Source: Haliotis rubra (lineage: Eukaryota). From it: DNA of 64,000 nucleotides. The translations under genes and the position numbers were made by a program. The notes beneath the pieces are model-generated. The model worked only from the letters and a program-made list of their open reading frames with translations. It ran no database searches and was not told the origin of the DNA. This document shows positions 37,501-51,195 of this stretch, in pieces. Numbering within the stretch: position 1 is the first letter of the stretch; each line of letters begins with the position of its first letter. The stretch is taken from the NCBI RefSeq assembly GCF_003918875.1, contig NW_025766967.1, forward strand, positions 310,001 through 374,000. The letters run 5' to 3'.

Positions 37501-38924
37501 TGAACGTAAGAAAAGGACATAACACATGATGCTATCTAACTTCTTTGAGTGGCATTTTAGAAGTTGGGAAGGTCAATATAGAACACACTTTATGGATTAC
37601 AACTTCTTTTTATTCGTGAGTGCGACGTTTCGATACAGATTCTTGTACCGTTGTCAAGCATAATGGAACATGAAGAAGGGGGGAAGTATATATATGCTAG
37701 ATGTAACAATGTAACAAAGAAAACAACATAATTAACATATTTGACTAGGCAGAAAGCTGATGAAGCCAGAGAGTAGACAAAGGACAGGCGTGGAAGCCAA
37801 TGATGTACAAATAATAATGAGATGTTTATACAGCAGAGTTTATACAGTAGATTGGGCTTGGTGGATGAGTGCATCATAAGCGGATGGAATGAAGTATCCT
37901 TGGTCTCGGTTGATGGTGGGCTTTTGGCGTTTGATGTGGATGGCTTCGGTAAGCTTGCATTTAGTGAAGTCTGTTTGTTTGTTAGAGAGAATGGTGATGT
38001 CAGACCACTCTATCTAATGATTGGGGCTTGGTTTGATGTGGTCGGAAATGGCTGATTTGCTGTCGGAATTGGTAACAGAGGTCTGATGTTCTTTCACTCG
38101 GCTGTTGATGAGTCGGGACGCTCGCCTAAGTAGCGAAACGTCGCACTCACGAATAAAAAGAAGTTGTTATCCATAAAGTGTGTTCTATATTGATGTTATC
38201 TAGTTGGTGAATCTATATGTTTATATTGTGGTGCGTCAAGGATTTTTAGATAAGTGGCTTGGTGATGAATATGATCACTATACATGTCTAAGATTATCGA
38301 TATTCATCTCCAGATAGTTTATCATACACTTATGCAATGCGAGTCTCTTTAAGGACTGTGTGGCACAGATAAGGAGAATAGCGGAATATCTGGATCGTCC
38401 CCTTCCTGAAGAGAAGTACCAGGACATAGCCGAAGCCTGTTCCTTCAAGAATCTAAAAAATGCGAGTGAGAAGACCAAAGATCAAACCTATCACATCCCC
38501 TGGCAAGACGGATCCACTGGATATTTCAGGAAGGGTGAGTGTTACAGATTAGAAATAAAACGCAAAAATACTTATCACAATGGTGGCTGCGTTGCAACAT
38601 CAGATGTTAGGGAGCGGGTCAGTAACCGATGAATTCATTCATGTTTACAGTATGCGTTTGAGAAATTATCCTGACATTTTATCCTGATTAGACATCTAAG
38701 ATCAATATGGTAATGATAACAGTCTGGGTATGATAAGAATCTAGGGCCATATTAACGTATATTTATTTCGTGTTTTGCAACTAAACGGTAATTTGGTAAG
38801 CTCAAAAAGGCAATATGACAGCATAAAAGTAAGATCATTTTAGTTAAATAGCATACGTCAGGCTAGTAAAGATAGAGGTGGTCGAAGGAGCGGTAGATTT
38901 AATAGGAGATGAAGAAGAAGATGG

Positions 38925-38967
<43 letters not shown>

Positions 38968-39479
38968 GTGAAATGTGCATCTTTGTCATGGTACACGGTT
39001 TGTTTAATCCGTTCCTATTATTGTCATATATAACTGACCAGGGAAGATCCGGGTTAAAATTAATCTTCACCAAACCATGCTTGTCGTAAGAGACGACTAA
39101 CGGGATCGGGTGGTCAGGCTCGCTGGTTGGCATATGTCATCGGTTCCCAGTTGCGCAGATCGATGCTTATGTTGCTGACCACTGGATTGAATGGTCCAGA
39201 CTTGATTATTCACATACCGTCGCCATATAGTTAGAATATTGCTGAGTGCGGCGTAAAACTAAACTCACACACTCACCCACCATATACCACTCACCACTGT
39301 ACGGGGTCATTATACAGCGGCCATTCCTACAAATCAAATTAAATCGTAGAAACAATTTTCCGACATTATTACAATGACATCTTACAGGTCAAACTGGAGA
39401 CTGGAAGAACTGGTTTACAGTGGCACAGAGTGAAGAATTTAATCGGAAATACGAGTTGGAGATGATGAAAACAGCATAA
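34522..39479 (+). CDS. Cytosolic sulfotransferase (SULT1-like), copy A, intact, 293 aa
   Basis: Exons 34522-34684, 35121-35277, 35597-35781, 36588-36691, 38354-38534 and 39388-39479 (882 nt, phases consistent). Motifs: 5'PSB SYPKSGTHW, catalytic QTHL, 3'PB RNPKDCAVSY, YEDMK and RKGQTGDWKNWFT. Confidence 0.95.
34797..34875 (+). ncRNA. Minimal hammerhead-ribozyme-like motif in a Penelope-type terminal repeat remnant
   Basis: CAC-CTGATGA-aa-GGGC(AAGCATTA)GCCC-a-GAAAC-GCC-GTG followed by AATAAA; the cleavage triplet reads GCC, so it is probably inactive. Confidence 0.55.
36744..37013 (+). mobile_element. SINE family B, full length
   Basis: GACCCGTGAAGATCCGG...CTTGTCGTAAGAGGCGACTAACGGGATCGGG...GCTGGAATATTGCTGAGTGCGG plus (CACT)n; 15-bp TSD ATTCATTGTACAGAT. 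Confidence 0.9.
37573..38193 (-). mobile_element. Penelope-like element fragment flanked by 60-bp inverted terminal repeats
   Basis: 37573-37632 and 38134-38193 are near-perfect inverted repeats; the minus strand encodes KLTEAIHIKRQKPTINRDQG (GIY-YIG endonuclease C-terminus); hammerhead-like core at ~37620-37665 (-). Confidence 0.8.
38923..38963. repeat. (ATG)n microsatellite
   Basis: Direct observation; the source of the poly-His pseudo-ORF. Confidence 0.95.
39036..39276 (+). mobile_element. SINE family B
   Basis: Same body and tail as 36744-37013. Confidence 0.85.
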
Positions 39480-41436
39480 TCCCTCAACAGTCAATGTCCT
39501 CTATACATAATAAGCCTGATAAAGCTGAGGATTCACTGTCAAACTACCTACATGTTGCAAAAAAGGCAGACCACTGAACATATGTCAACATAATATACCC
39601 ATTATGTTTGATGTCATACCCAGATGGCGGCGACAAACCCCTGTTAAACCCATAAAACATATGTCAACAGTACAATTCCGACTAAATCACGAGCATGTAT
39701 TTATTAATCACTGGTAAATAAAAAGCATCACTGAAACCTGAGTATTACAAACACGATCGATCAACTTCTGTGGAAGAATTGATTGACAAACCCTCACATC
39801 CTGTTATAAAGAACATAGTTGATTGTACCGTGTTTGCCACGTTTATCCTGAATCATGTCAATCTCAGTTGTGTCAAAAGGGAAAGAGAATTCCCTGACTT
39901 CAATGGTTTTATTGTTGTTTTGAAACAGGACAAGGTCACGTATGGTGGTTTGATTACGTGTAAGACATCAAAGAGGCAAATTCCAAACATTGCAAAAAAT
40001 AGTGATCAGTTTCCATCAGGACGCCCTCTACGTATTCTGGATTGTATGCAATTGTACTTTTTACGTTTTACAAACTTACGAAATCATAACGAAACTTATA
40101 ACCTACGAGGGCTAACATATCGGGGGTCATATTTTTATACCATGCCCAGAGCAAAATATCACTTTATCATGATGACGTCACGTTTCTTCTGTGACGTTGC
40201 GTTCTACATGCGGCAACGGCGGGTAGCCAGCATATGTTTGAGTGGAGTTTGGCTTATTTTTCTTGTTTTGACGATTTCGGTAATAAACTGAATATCATAT
40301 TCGTGCCATTATCATACTATGTTTACGACACTCGTGCCTAAATATCGGTATTTCCCTCGCTCTCGCATTTACCAACATTTAAGCACTCGTGTCGTAAACA
40401 AATGTATGTTTGAAGCTTGAACTCCAGCAACACATAAACAAAGAAAGCCAGGTGTCAGAGAACAAATATGTGATGAAAGATATCAGATGTGTGTATGTAC
40501 ATTTTTGGAAGACATAATATGGAGCAATGAAAGACGTGTGTCAAAGAGATCCTTGAGACTGTGGTGATCCTATCCATCCGGTCAAGGTGGAATCAAGCAT
40601 TTGTTTCATCGAATATTTCAAAGAATGTCCTCTTCTCCCGCCCAACAATTCCTTGATCAAGGCTTCCTCAGTCTAGGCGTTGGTAAGGAATTCTTCTGGT
40701 TTCATGTTGGACATGTGGAGGACATTTCAACATTTGCCGCACCAGCGACCAAACTACGTATGAACTTTCTTATTATTATTTGCAATGAACGTTAATACGT
40801 TCTATTTCTTGTTACTTTCATCATCGGTGCAACAATGACATGAAATTGAATGGTATGTACAGATTTATCTACACTTACGTGCATTTGTTTTGCGCATGCA
40901 AAATTTCTCACGAAATTTTCAGTATTCATTTATGTTGTGTATATTCTGGGTGATATGGGCACAGGTAACGTGAAATTACCATTGTAAATTAGCTAACCAA
41001 TGATTATATTCCTGATGATAGAGAGACAGGGTTGTGTAGCTGCACGAGCAGCTGTCTACATTAGGAGTCCATCGCTGTATAAATGTATTGTTATTCATTA
41101 ACAAATTGTGTATATATCACATACATTTTCACAACGTACGTGTGGCTACATCAACTCCTGTTTAACGAAACCGTCAGCAATATTCCAGATGCATGGCGGC
41201 GGTTATAATTATCAGTATAATTGCTTTACATTTATAAGGATCATATCATTATTCATGAATGTATTGTGTGCATTCGGATCCCAGTAGCAATCACACAAGT
41301 CACGCTCCGTTGTCATCACTGAACGTAACAGGGCATACATGACTATGGACGGGAAGGGTCTAGCGGTAGGGCTGTATAAAGTCTTCACAGTAGGTTACAA
41401 GGGTGGTGGAGTATTTGGCAGACTATCGTAAGGCAA

Positions 41437-41808
41437 ATGGCGACAGAAGTCTGTATGCAGGCTGGGTGGACATTTCCGCTGGTAAAGATAGACGGTGTTG
41501 TCGAGCTGAAGACGTTGACTGAGAACCTCAAGACGATTAAATCCCGCCCAATCAGAGAAGATGACATCTTCCTGTGCTCATATCCCAAGTCAGGTGAGAT
41601 GTGATGATGTGTTCCATGTATCAGTAGCAGGTGGGATGACATATATCCGATAACCAAACTTGCGACACACGTATATCATCAGTGTGAGTTACAGAGACAA
41701 AGAGTCGAATCGACTACTTTCAACATGGATGATGAGCCTAAGTATCTTATATATATTATCTACACCGCTTACGTGTCTTTTATTTTGAGATGTCTGTCCG
41801 TCTGTCTG

Positions 41809-41848
<40 letters not shown>

Positions 41849-44800
41849 GTGGTTGTGTGTCAGCATTACCTTTCTACATCTCTCTATGCTATGATCTGAT
41901 AAATATGGTGTATCCACGCCTGCACTCTCTCAGGATCTCTACATGTAGTTTAGCATGGCAATACACCTGTATGTTCAGGTGTACATGGTATAGAACTACT
42001 TGTCCCCAATGCAATATTGCAGGCACTCATTGGACTTGGGAGATCCTCCACATGATCGTGGCAGGCAAAGCGGGCTACACTAAACACTGGAAAAATTCTA
42101 CTTCATTGGAACAAAGGACCGACGAAGAAATGGAGGAACTATCATCACCTAGGATCATTCAAACTCATTTATTGCCAGGGTAACGTAAAATAATTTGTAT
42201 TTACAACAATAACGGGATGCATGGATGAGTATAGTAATTAATGAGTTAGCTCACCACACCAGAGGTTCAGTTTTACTACCAGCTACCGACGTTCATGTTC
42301 GGAATATGAGGTGTGTTCGTGAGTGGGTTGGTTTACACGCACACACGCACGCACGCACGCGCGCACACATTCATACATACATAAATACTACCTCATGCTT
42401 GTGATAGGAGGCAAGACACGGTATCGAGTGGCAGACTCGCTGACATGTTTGACAAGTGCGAGCTTATCCCAAATGCGTTTATCGATGCTCATGCTGTTGA
42501 TCACTGGATTGTCTGGTCCATATTCGATTCTTTAATGACCGCCGTCTTACAGCTGGAATATTGCTGATTGTGGCGTTAAACAACGAAGAAAAGAAACAAA
42601 GACTTGTTTCAAACACATGCAAAGCAAATGTTACATATTCTAATAGTTGTACTCAACTTGAAACGTTATGCTTAAAACGTCAGTTATGAATTACGATACT
42701 CGCTTGCCATATTTACAGACAAATGCCAGAGTTGCTATGGGAACGCAGATGCAAGGTGGTGTATGTCCAGAGGAATCCGAAAGACTGCGCAGTGTCATAC
42801 TTTTGTCAGTTGAGCCAACAAGTACGTAAGGGCAATCCCTCACAGCGGGTGACCTTCACTGGCTCTTGGGACGAGTTCCTCAGGTTCTTCATAGACGGTA
42901 GTGGTACGAACATCTTCATCTTCGCATTCAGTTGAATGGTTCAGATCTCGTGATTTAAGAAATACAGTTCGCTCTACCACCGTGTGTAGTGTAATAAAAC
43001 ACACTTTCGCCCTGAACTATTATAACGTTAAAAGTACGAGGAGGCTATACATGGTGGTAGAGCGAACTGTATTTCTTTTCTAAGATGCCAAATTTTATAC
43101 TTTCTAAGGATAATTACGATTAATTTAAGGCAGAAAACAAACGAAGGGGTCGGTGACCTAAATTAAGAATCCTCGTAAAGGGCTAACTGGCGCACTGTTC
43201 TATTGATGTGTCTGTAATCCTACGTTAAGACGAACGTTACCAGAAAAAATCCCAAATGATACTAGTTTGATGACGGTTTACGTTCGGATTAAATATCTTC
43301 TCTAAATTATTTTAATTACATCTGTGATTAACGTAAACCATGTGGGGCAATATGAACGTCGCATTTCTACTACCAACGTAAGTTTAGATCAGTACATCCA
43401 GATGAAGCTGAGTAGTCAAGCGACATTCCACGATTGCATTGTGGGAATGTAAACATTGCGAACGTTACCGTGTCGCTGAAAACTTGTGAGTCGAATTGAG
43501 ACATTTTAACCGTCGTAAAACATAAACGTAATGTTTCCACCAGTGATGTTAGCTGCGTGAAGCAACTGCAAACCAAGAAACGGGATGCAACGGAGTAGTT
43601 TACTGTAGGAGGCCGTACGAGGCGATGACAACTGACATGCATCGTGACGTCGCTTACATTGTGACGTAATGCAAAATGGTTCGATTACGAGGGGGCAGAC
43701 TAGAATGGCGCAGTGACGCCAATACATTGTGACGTAATGCAAAAAGTGCACATTATCGTCTGATAAAGTACTGTCGGCGCCTTTGATGTTTCACCGAAGC
43801 ATCTTAGAATCCTATATAAAACGTGATATATGCTCTGCGTCAGTAATAATCACGCTTGTCACAACTGGGGATGAGAATAGCTGTGTTTTTGTTTTGTATA
43901 TGCTTATGACTTTGGTGTCAATAGCTAAATGCTGCTAAAGAGAATGCAAGTAAAAACCAAGTACCACTTGGAAGATTAGATACCACTTAGTCTGTCATCA
44001 TTCCCACGTGGTAAGAAACTGTCTATTCCTCAACAGACAAATAGGTATATGTTTTCTTTTCATATTTCCCACAAATTAATTATTAAAACGGTTCACGGTA
44101 TAAACGTACTTCAAACAAGAGTGGGTGAGTGAGCTTACTTCTACGCCGCACTCAGCAATATTCAAGCTATATGGCGGTTGTCTGTAAATAATCGAGTCTG
44201 GACCAGACAATCCAGTGATCAACATGAGCATCACGCAATTGGGAACCGATGACATGTGTCAACCAAGCCAGCGAGCCTGACTACCCGATCCCGTTAGTCG
44301 CCTCATACGACAAGCATGGTTTACAGAAGGTTCATGCTCACCCCATTTCTGGTGTCCCCCGCCGTGATATTGCTGGAATATTGGTCGAACGGCGTCATTG
44401 GAGGTTACTCTTTCTAACCCGGAAGGATCAACCGCAAAAAGAGGAACCCCCGTGAAGTTATTGAAATCCATTGTTCTGTTAAATCCATTGTTCTAATGTT
44501 AAATCTCCATAAACGCAACTGATACATTTTAATGAAAGTTACAAAACGCCATAGACTATGCTGAATCATCGTTAAATACACAGCTGTAGACAATGATATG
44601 AAATGAATTGCATAGTTTACCAACCCTGCTTTGTCAGCGAATCAAACGTCGCAGAACCACATGCAACATTTTATCGTATCACATGCTCTCACTGTACATG
44701 TCTTTGTCAATGCTTAGACTTGTTTTCTGTTTTTTCAGTTCCTTTTGGTTCGATATTTGACCATGTTAATGAGTGGGAAAACGTTTCTGATGTGCATAAA

Positions 44801-46706
44801 GGATTTGAAGTGTGCAACATGCAGTACGAAGACATGATAGAGGTAAAATATTACAGAAGCGAGACATGTCTTCAGAAGACAACACAATTCAAATTTGTAA
44901 ATGTGTAGACACATTACATAGACAGTGTTCATAATGTGACGCCGAGATTTCCTTGTATCTTTGCATCCGTTGTTTGCAGTCCGTTGTTGAGTGTTGTGCC
45001 TATAATGTGTGACTATATTATATGAGAGCAGTACAATGTAACGTGTGACTATATTATATTGAGAGCAGTACAGTGTTGTGCCTATAATAATGTGAGAGCA
45101 GTACAGTGACTGTATTGCATTGAGAGCAAATTGAGAGCAGTGCCTATAATGCAACTGTGCCTATTATGTTGAGAGCAGTACAGTGTGTCCTGTATTGACT
45201 ATATTATATTGAAAGCAGTACAGTGCTGTGTCTATAATGCATGATAGGCTATGGCATCCAAGTTCTAAGCAGTTGAAAGGAGACTTGGCAGTTGGGAAGC
45301 CAAGACTTTATTTTAGTGTTCACTAAATGGGCGTCCATGGTTTCTGCCAGCAAATATCAAGATGAGAATATTATAGGTATATATGACATGTCTCAGATTA
45401 TCGATATTTATGTTTAGATATGTTTTATGAAATATTATACTGACATTGTTCACTGTCAGGTATTACTGCAACCGTGCACTCTATTTAAGGATTGTGTGGC
45501 GCAAATAAGAAGAATGGCTGAATATCTCGATCGCCCCCTTTCTGAAGCAACGTACCAGGAGATAGCGGATGCCTGCTCCTTTTAAGAATCTCAAAAATGC
45601 CTGTGAGAATAACAAAGATCAGACCTATCACAATTCCTGGCAAGAGGGATCAAGTGGATATTTCAGAAAGGGTGAGAATTACAAATAACAACAACTACAA
45701 CGTAAAAATAGTCAACATAATGGTGGCTGCGTTTTAAAGTTTGATGTTTCTAGTTTAGGGAGAGGTTCAGTAACCGAAGAATACAGCAATCATTTGTACA
45801 GTATGAGATTGCAAAATTGCCTTAACACGTTACCCTGATTTCAGGTGAACAGTTGACTAGCATGTGTTTATGACATGTGTTTATGACTTTTTGCAACCAC
45901 CTGGTATCATCGCTATTTCATAGTGATTCATAAATACATGCTGACATGCTAAAGTCATAGCATGGTGACAATCACTAGATTGTCTGGTTCACACCCGATG
46001 ATTTTACAAAAAGCATAATTCAGCTGTAATACTGCTGAAACAAATATCTGTTCATGATATAGTCACAATAGTACACTGGACTGCATTTGACAGAGATTTC
46101 TTAGGAATGTGGAAAGGGTTTGTCTCTTCTATCTATTGACACCTAAGATCATGGTAATGGTACAAGTCTTGGCACTTAATGGATCAGTCTACAAGCATAT
46201 CTACGTTTTTCTCCTTTGAGTAAGTTTTATTCCGCATTTTGCCACTTATCCACCAGCTTAAAGTGGTGCTATATTAACACAAAAGTAACGCTGCTTCATT
46301 TAAATATCATAGGTCCAGCTAGAGATGATAGACGTGGTCAAAAGAGCGAATGAATGATTAAATACGAGATGATGATGAAACGATGATGATGTTGATGATG
46401 ATGATGCAATTGTTACTGAAATTCTATTGCACTAACAACTACCCTCAATTGTGAAAAATACATCGATGTCATGGTACACGGTTTGTTTAATGCGCACTTT
46501 TTGTTGTTCAAATATAACATTTAGGCACACAGGGTTAGAAAACAACGGCACTTCTTACATATCAAATTCTGCTGTACAAGGATCATACCTTATTACAATG
46601 TCCTGTTACAGGTCAAACTGGCGACTGGAAGAACTGGTTCACAGTGGCACAGAGTGAAAAATTTGATCGACAATGCAAACTGAAGATGAAGAAGAATCCT
46701 CAGTGA
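41437..46706 (+). CDS. Cytosolic sulfotransferase copy B; 1-nt insertion in exon 5 (error or recent pseudogene)
   Basis: Exons 41437-41593, 42023-42179, 42719-42903, 44739-44842, 45490-45671 and 46612-46706. Exon 5 is 182 nt versus 181 nt in copy A, with an extra T in TCCTTTTAAG (~45580) creating TAA. Confidence 0.9.
42400..42585 (+). mobile_element. SINE family B, diverged or truncated
   Basis: ATCGATGCTCATGCTGTTGATCACTGGATTGTCTGG...GCTGGAATATTGCTG tail. Confidence 0.75.
42957..43076. mobile_element. Small hairpin / MITE-like element
   Basis: AAGAAATACAGTTCGCTCTACCAC and GTGGTAGAGCGAACTGTATTTCTT are perfect 24-bp inverted repeats; absent from the equivalent intron of SULT copy A. Confidence 0.65.
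44124..44385. mobile_element. SINE family B (-) abutting a family A 3' fragment (+)
   Basis: 44124-44325 is the reverse complement of family B; 44340-44385 CCCATTTCTGGTGTCCCCCGCCGTGATATTGCTGGAATATTG is family A. Confidence 0.8.
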
Positions 46707-49700
46707 TGATGCCGTGTCTAGAAAACTACCAACGCTCTGGCAATGCGACCAGTACAGATGACATTCATGAGATGAGATGGATGTTCCAGTGACCAAAAGT
46801 AGATGATTGTTACAGCTTCCGGAAGAGCGGTAAAAGTTAATGGATTAGTAAGAGTAACAGTTGGTGAATGAGGAACTGACACACATTTGACAGAGGGTTT
46901 TCATAGAAAACATGCACTTTTGCAAACGAAGAAAGGGTTGTCGTATTCTTCTCGTGTGTAGGGAAGATGTTTGTCAGTTCCGTCAAAAGTATATTGCATT
47001 AACAATAATGTGTCTGTGTTCATTGCTCTGATATTTGATGAGGGAACATTCATGCTGCATCTTTTTGAAACAACTCTGAACCATTCATGTTGTATGTCCA
47101 CTACACAGAAGTAACGATCTATTCGAAAATGTCACTTTGTACATGAGGACAGACACGAACAGGGATGTCAGGGAATTACCTACCTACTGTATCTGTTTTT
47201 CACACGAGTGCAGGTTGATTGACACAACAGTGACAACTTCTGTCTGAAAAATATCTTTATAGACAGGGTTTTAGGGATGAAAAGATCTTGAATGGACTGA
47301 TTGATACATTGTATAGTAAAGGACAAAGTGACGACATACTAATATGGCAACTGGGCTTTACTGTCAAACTATACATGTGCTAAAACCAACTGCCCCATTT
47401 TATGAAGACATAATTTACTCCAATATCTGATGTCATACCCAGATGGTAGCGAAATACCCCTTTTCACAACCATAAACTATATCTGCTGAAAGCAGAGTCG
47501 ATAGAACAATTCCCACTAAATGCTTATAAATCTCTATCAAATAGTGGTGATACCAGGTGTTCGCAAAAACGTAAACGTATCAAACCCCATTATAATGAAA
47601 TACAAACTGAAGACTACGAGTCAGTTGTCCACCTGGAATGTCAAAATGTGGAATTTAATCGGACATCATTTGCACTGAATTATAGAAGTGACCTCCGCAT
47701 GTCTACCATCAATACTGACATGTCTTTGTCGCAATGCTGTGTCAATAATTTGCTATTTATTCATGGACTTAGCAATACTGACACATTTCGTCAGTGTGAT
47801 ATGAGCTTGTGCGTCCACGATTATTTGAGAGGATTTTGCCTCCCATTTTGGCAAATTCAATTTTGAATTTTGCTTTGCTAATATACAGGAGGGAGGCAGA
47901 ATGGGCTGCGGAGTTTGTTAGAGGTCCGTTTCTTGGCATTCTCAAACGAAGTTGGAATATACTTCGGAGGGTAAGCACTTAATGAGTGATGTTCTTGAAA
48001 GGCATTATGAATTTGGACGAGCATGAATAAATGACACGTTTTTATGGTTGATGTCCTTGGCTCAGGGGGAATCAACCGTTCCTGCCAGGCCCATCACAGA
48101 GAGGCTCACATCACCCGTCATGTACTGATAGTAACACATTAGTAGAAATAAACGTTGAAAAGCGAGTTCGGGAGATTCTGGCACATTCACGTTAGATAAT
48201 CTCATCATCAGCTCGGGGCCCTTTGCACGCAGCCTATTTAGAGAATGGTCAAGGAAATCCTGCCCGACTACGCGAAGAATATTTGTAGAGACTGGAGAAC
48301 ACTGTTGCCAGGGTTTCGAAGTGCTGTGTTCCCAGAATCAAACCCGGGTACTCTCCCAGTGTTATTTTACAGACTGTGAGGTACTGAACCTAAGATATCG
48401 GGAACTATAATAGGACAGCTCTGTACTTGGGATGCAAAGATGACATTCCGTAAACGAGATTCGGATGGTTCCCACGTTTTTTTTCCAGAATAATGTTAAT
48501 CTCATTTGAGCACTCACTGACATAGATGCTTCGTTAGATTCAACACGAAGGGCATGGTCAGGTATGTTGGTCTGCATACGTTTAAGGTTGTATACAGGAC
48601 TATTTCCAACTTAAATGAAAAAAAGTAATAACCAGTTTCAAAAACGCCCTCTATATATTCAGGGTTGTACTCAATTGTACTTTTCCGTTTAATAAACTTC
48701 TTTTAGTTGCATCTGAAAACTGTCCTGTTAGAACATTAATATGTCTGTATAACCAGGATGTTTCATCTATAAGGCTTACAAGGATCCGGATAGAAGGTTG
48801 TTTTTATATTTGTTAGTTTTATTTTTATTCTTGTTCTATTTTTCCATTTGAAACTGATGGCGTTACAATTGCTAACATATATTCACATAGATACTATAGA
48901 TATGTGCAGATACACTTTCTTCATTCCTCTGTGTGACAGTGTACATATGCCTGGACGACATAATTTGACTAAACAAAACTCGTGTGATTATATATTTCAT
49001 TATAGGATAGGTTAAGTTCAAAGCGTACCCCAGAGTGTTTTGCGTTCGGTATTGTGTGCTATATATAATTATATGCAGTACAAAATAATCATCTTGTGAA
49101 TGACAATGGCTCTTCATGATCTCTCCAGTTGTTGTTCAGAAGATTGAAATGAAAATCAGGTAGGCGTGATGAAAACCCATTCAAATTTGAACCGGTTCCT
49201 CAAATTTATATTCAGAGATTGATATCAGCTGAATGATATAACAATTATGTGACGGCAATTACGACACGAATTGTAGTCTAATAGTTGCTGCAAAATGTTT
49301 GTTAAGATCATGGATAAATTATGTTATAAAAACAAACCAAAATGTTTTTCTTTGTCTGATTTAAGCGTGTCATAAACAAACTGCGAAGGCTGCCATAGTC
49401 GAAGGCATGCTTATTTCAGAGATAGCATCTTTAATAACTTCAATGCGTGATGACACTTTCACTCAAAGTCATACAGTACAGATATATTTTTCGCTGCAGT
49501 TATCCGTAGCATATTTATCACACCAATATTGCCAAAGAATTTATTTGTATCCTGTCTATATACAAACCATCAGTATTCATGTATTTTGTATAAATCTTTT
49601 CTGTAAATATCAGAGCAGTAACACAGCGGGAAAACACGTTGGGAAAACAATGATTATATATGTTCCCTGTGATAGAGAGACAGGGTTAAGGATGAGTAAC

Positions 49701-51195
49701 AACGTCCCCGAGCAGCTGTCCACGTTGGAAGTCAATAGCGGTATAGACTTATTGTTATTCATTAATATTGTGTTTATCATATAGATGGGTTCAACGTTCT
49801 TCCATCAGCTGTATATTTGTGTATATAAATTAGTATTCCATTAATACGCAGCATGTTATTATTCATGAGTGTACTGTATGTATTCAGATCTCAGTTGAAA
49901 TAACACACCTCCCGACCCATTGTCATCACAGAAGGTAACAGGACATTTACAGGCATACGGATGGATAGGTTCTCGCTATAGAACTATAAAGGTTTTCATA
50001 GTAGGTTACAGTGCTGGTGGTATATTTAACAAGTAGAATATCGTAAGCAAAGTGGAGGCTACAGAAGAAGTATGGACATTTCTGCTGGTGAAAATAGACG
50101 GAGTTGTCATGTTAAAGACAGATACATGAAAGACGATTAAATCCCGCCCAATCAGAGACGATGACATCTTCCTGTGCTCATATCCGAAGTCATGTGAGAT
50201 GCGATGCCATATTGCATGTATAGGTAGTAGGTAGGATAATAATAAATCCATGTGTGTTCATGTATAAGAGCATATGTTTGACGGATGATCTTGTTATCGT
50301 ACTTTGCATGGTCGACAGATTTGCATTTCCAGGATGTGCATGACAAGTACACCTGTCAACCACCAGTCAGTTCAGATTTATACAGTGAAGAAATCCTTGT
50401 CCCCAATGCAATATTGCAGCCATTTATTGGACTTGGGAGAACCTCCACATGATAGTCGCAGGCAAAGCGAAGTACACCAAACATTGGAAAAAGTCTACCG
50501 CGTTATAATAAAGGACCGACGAAGAAAAGGAGGAACTGTGATCACCTAGGATCATTCAAACTCATTTATTGCCAGGAAATTGTGACATAAAACCATGTGC
50601 TTTTAAGGAAACTATGGATGAGCCTGGTAGTTGAAACGTTAGCTCACCACACCAGAGGTTCAGTTTCATTCCAACATAGACACAAAGTGTGAAACTCATT
50701 TTGTGGAGTTGAATACCGAATGCACAAACACAGCCACTCATCAACGCACTTCATATTCTTAAACCCATGACGATCCGGGTTAGGACGGTTATCTCCCATT
50801 TGACAGACACCCATTTGACAGACACCCAATTGACAGACACTGAACTAGAAGGTTAATTAGGGTAACACCTACGGGTATAATGGAACAGTCCACTGTCTAG
50901 TGAGTAGAGCAGGGTGAGCCTGAAACAGGTTCGTTACTGAGACGTTTGATTGTGTGCAATTTGGTGTTTTTAAATGATAAATGGTTTTTCTTCTCGAATT
51001 GTTTTTACTATCAATTACTATCGAATATAAAAACAGGTTTGTCACTGAGGGGTTGGATTGTGTTTATTGATAGAAAAGCCCCCTCCCAATAATAGCATAT
51101 GTACAACAGAAGTTAACTGAGAAAACGTTTTGTTGTACATATTTGAAAACATTCTGATTTGCAGTAAATGAAACACCTGCATTTATTAATATTAA

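Noticed and set aside
39770-40291. 173-aa ORF between SULT-A and SULT-B
   Set aside because: GTG start, no recognisable motif and no splice support.
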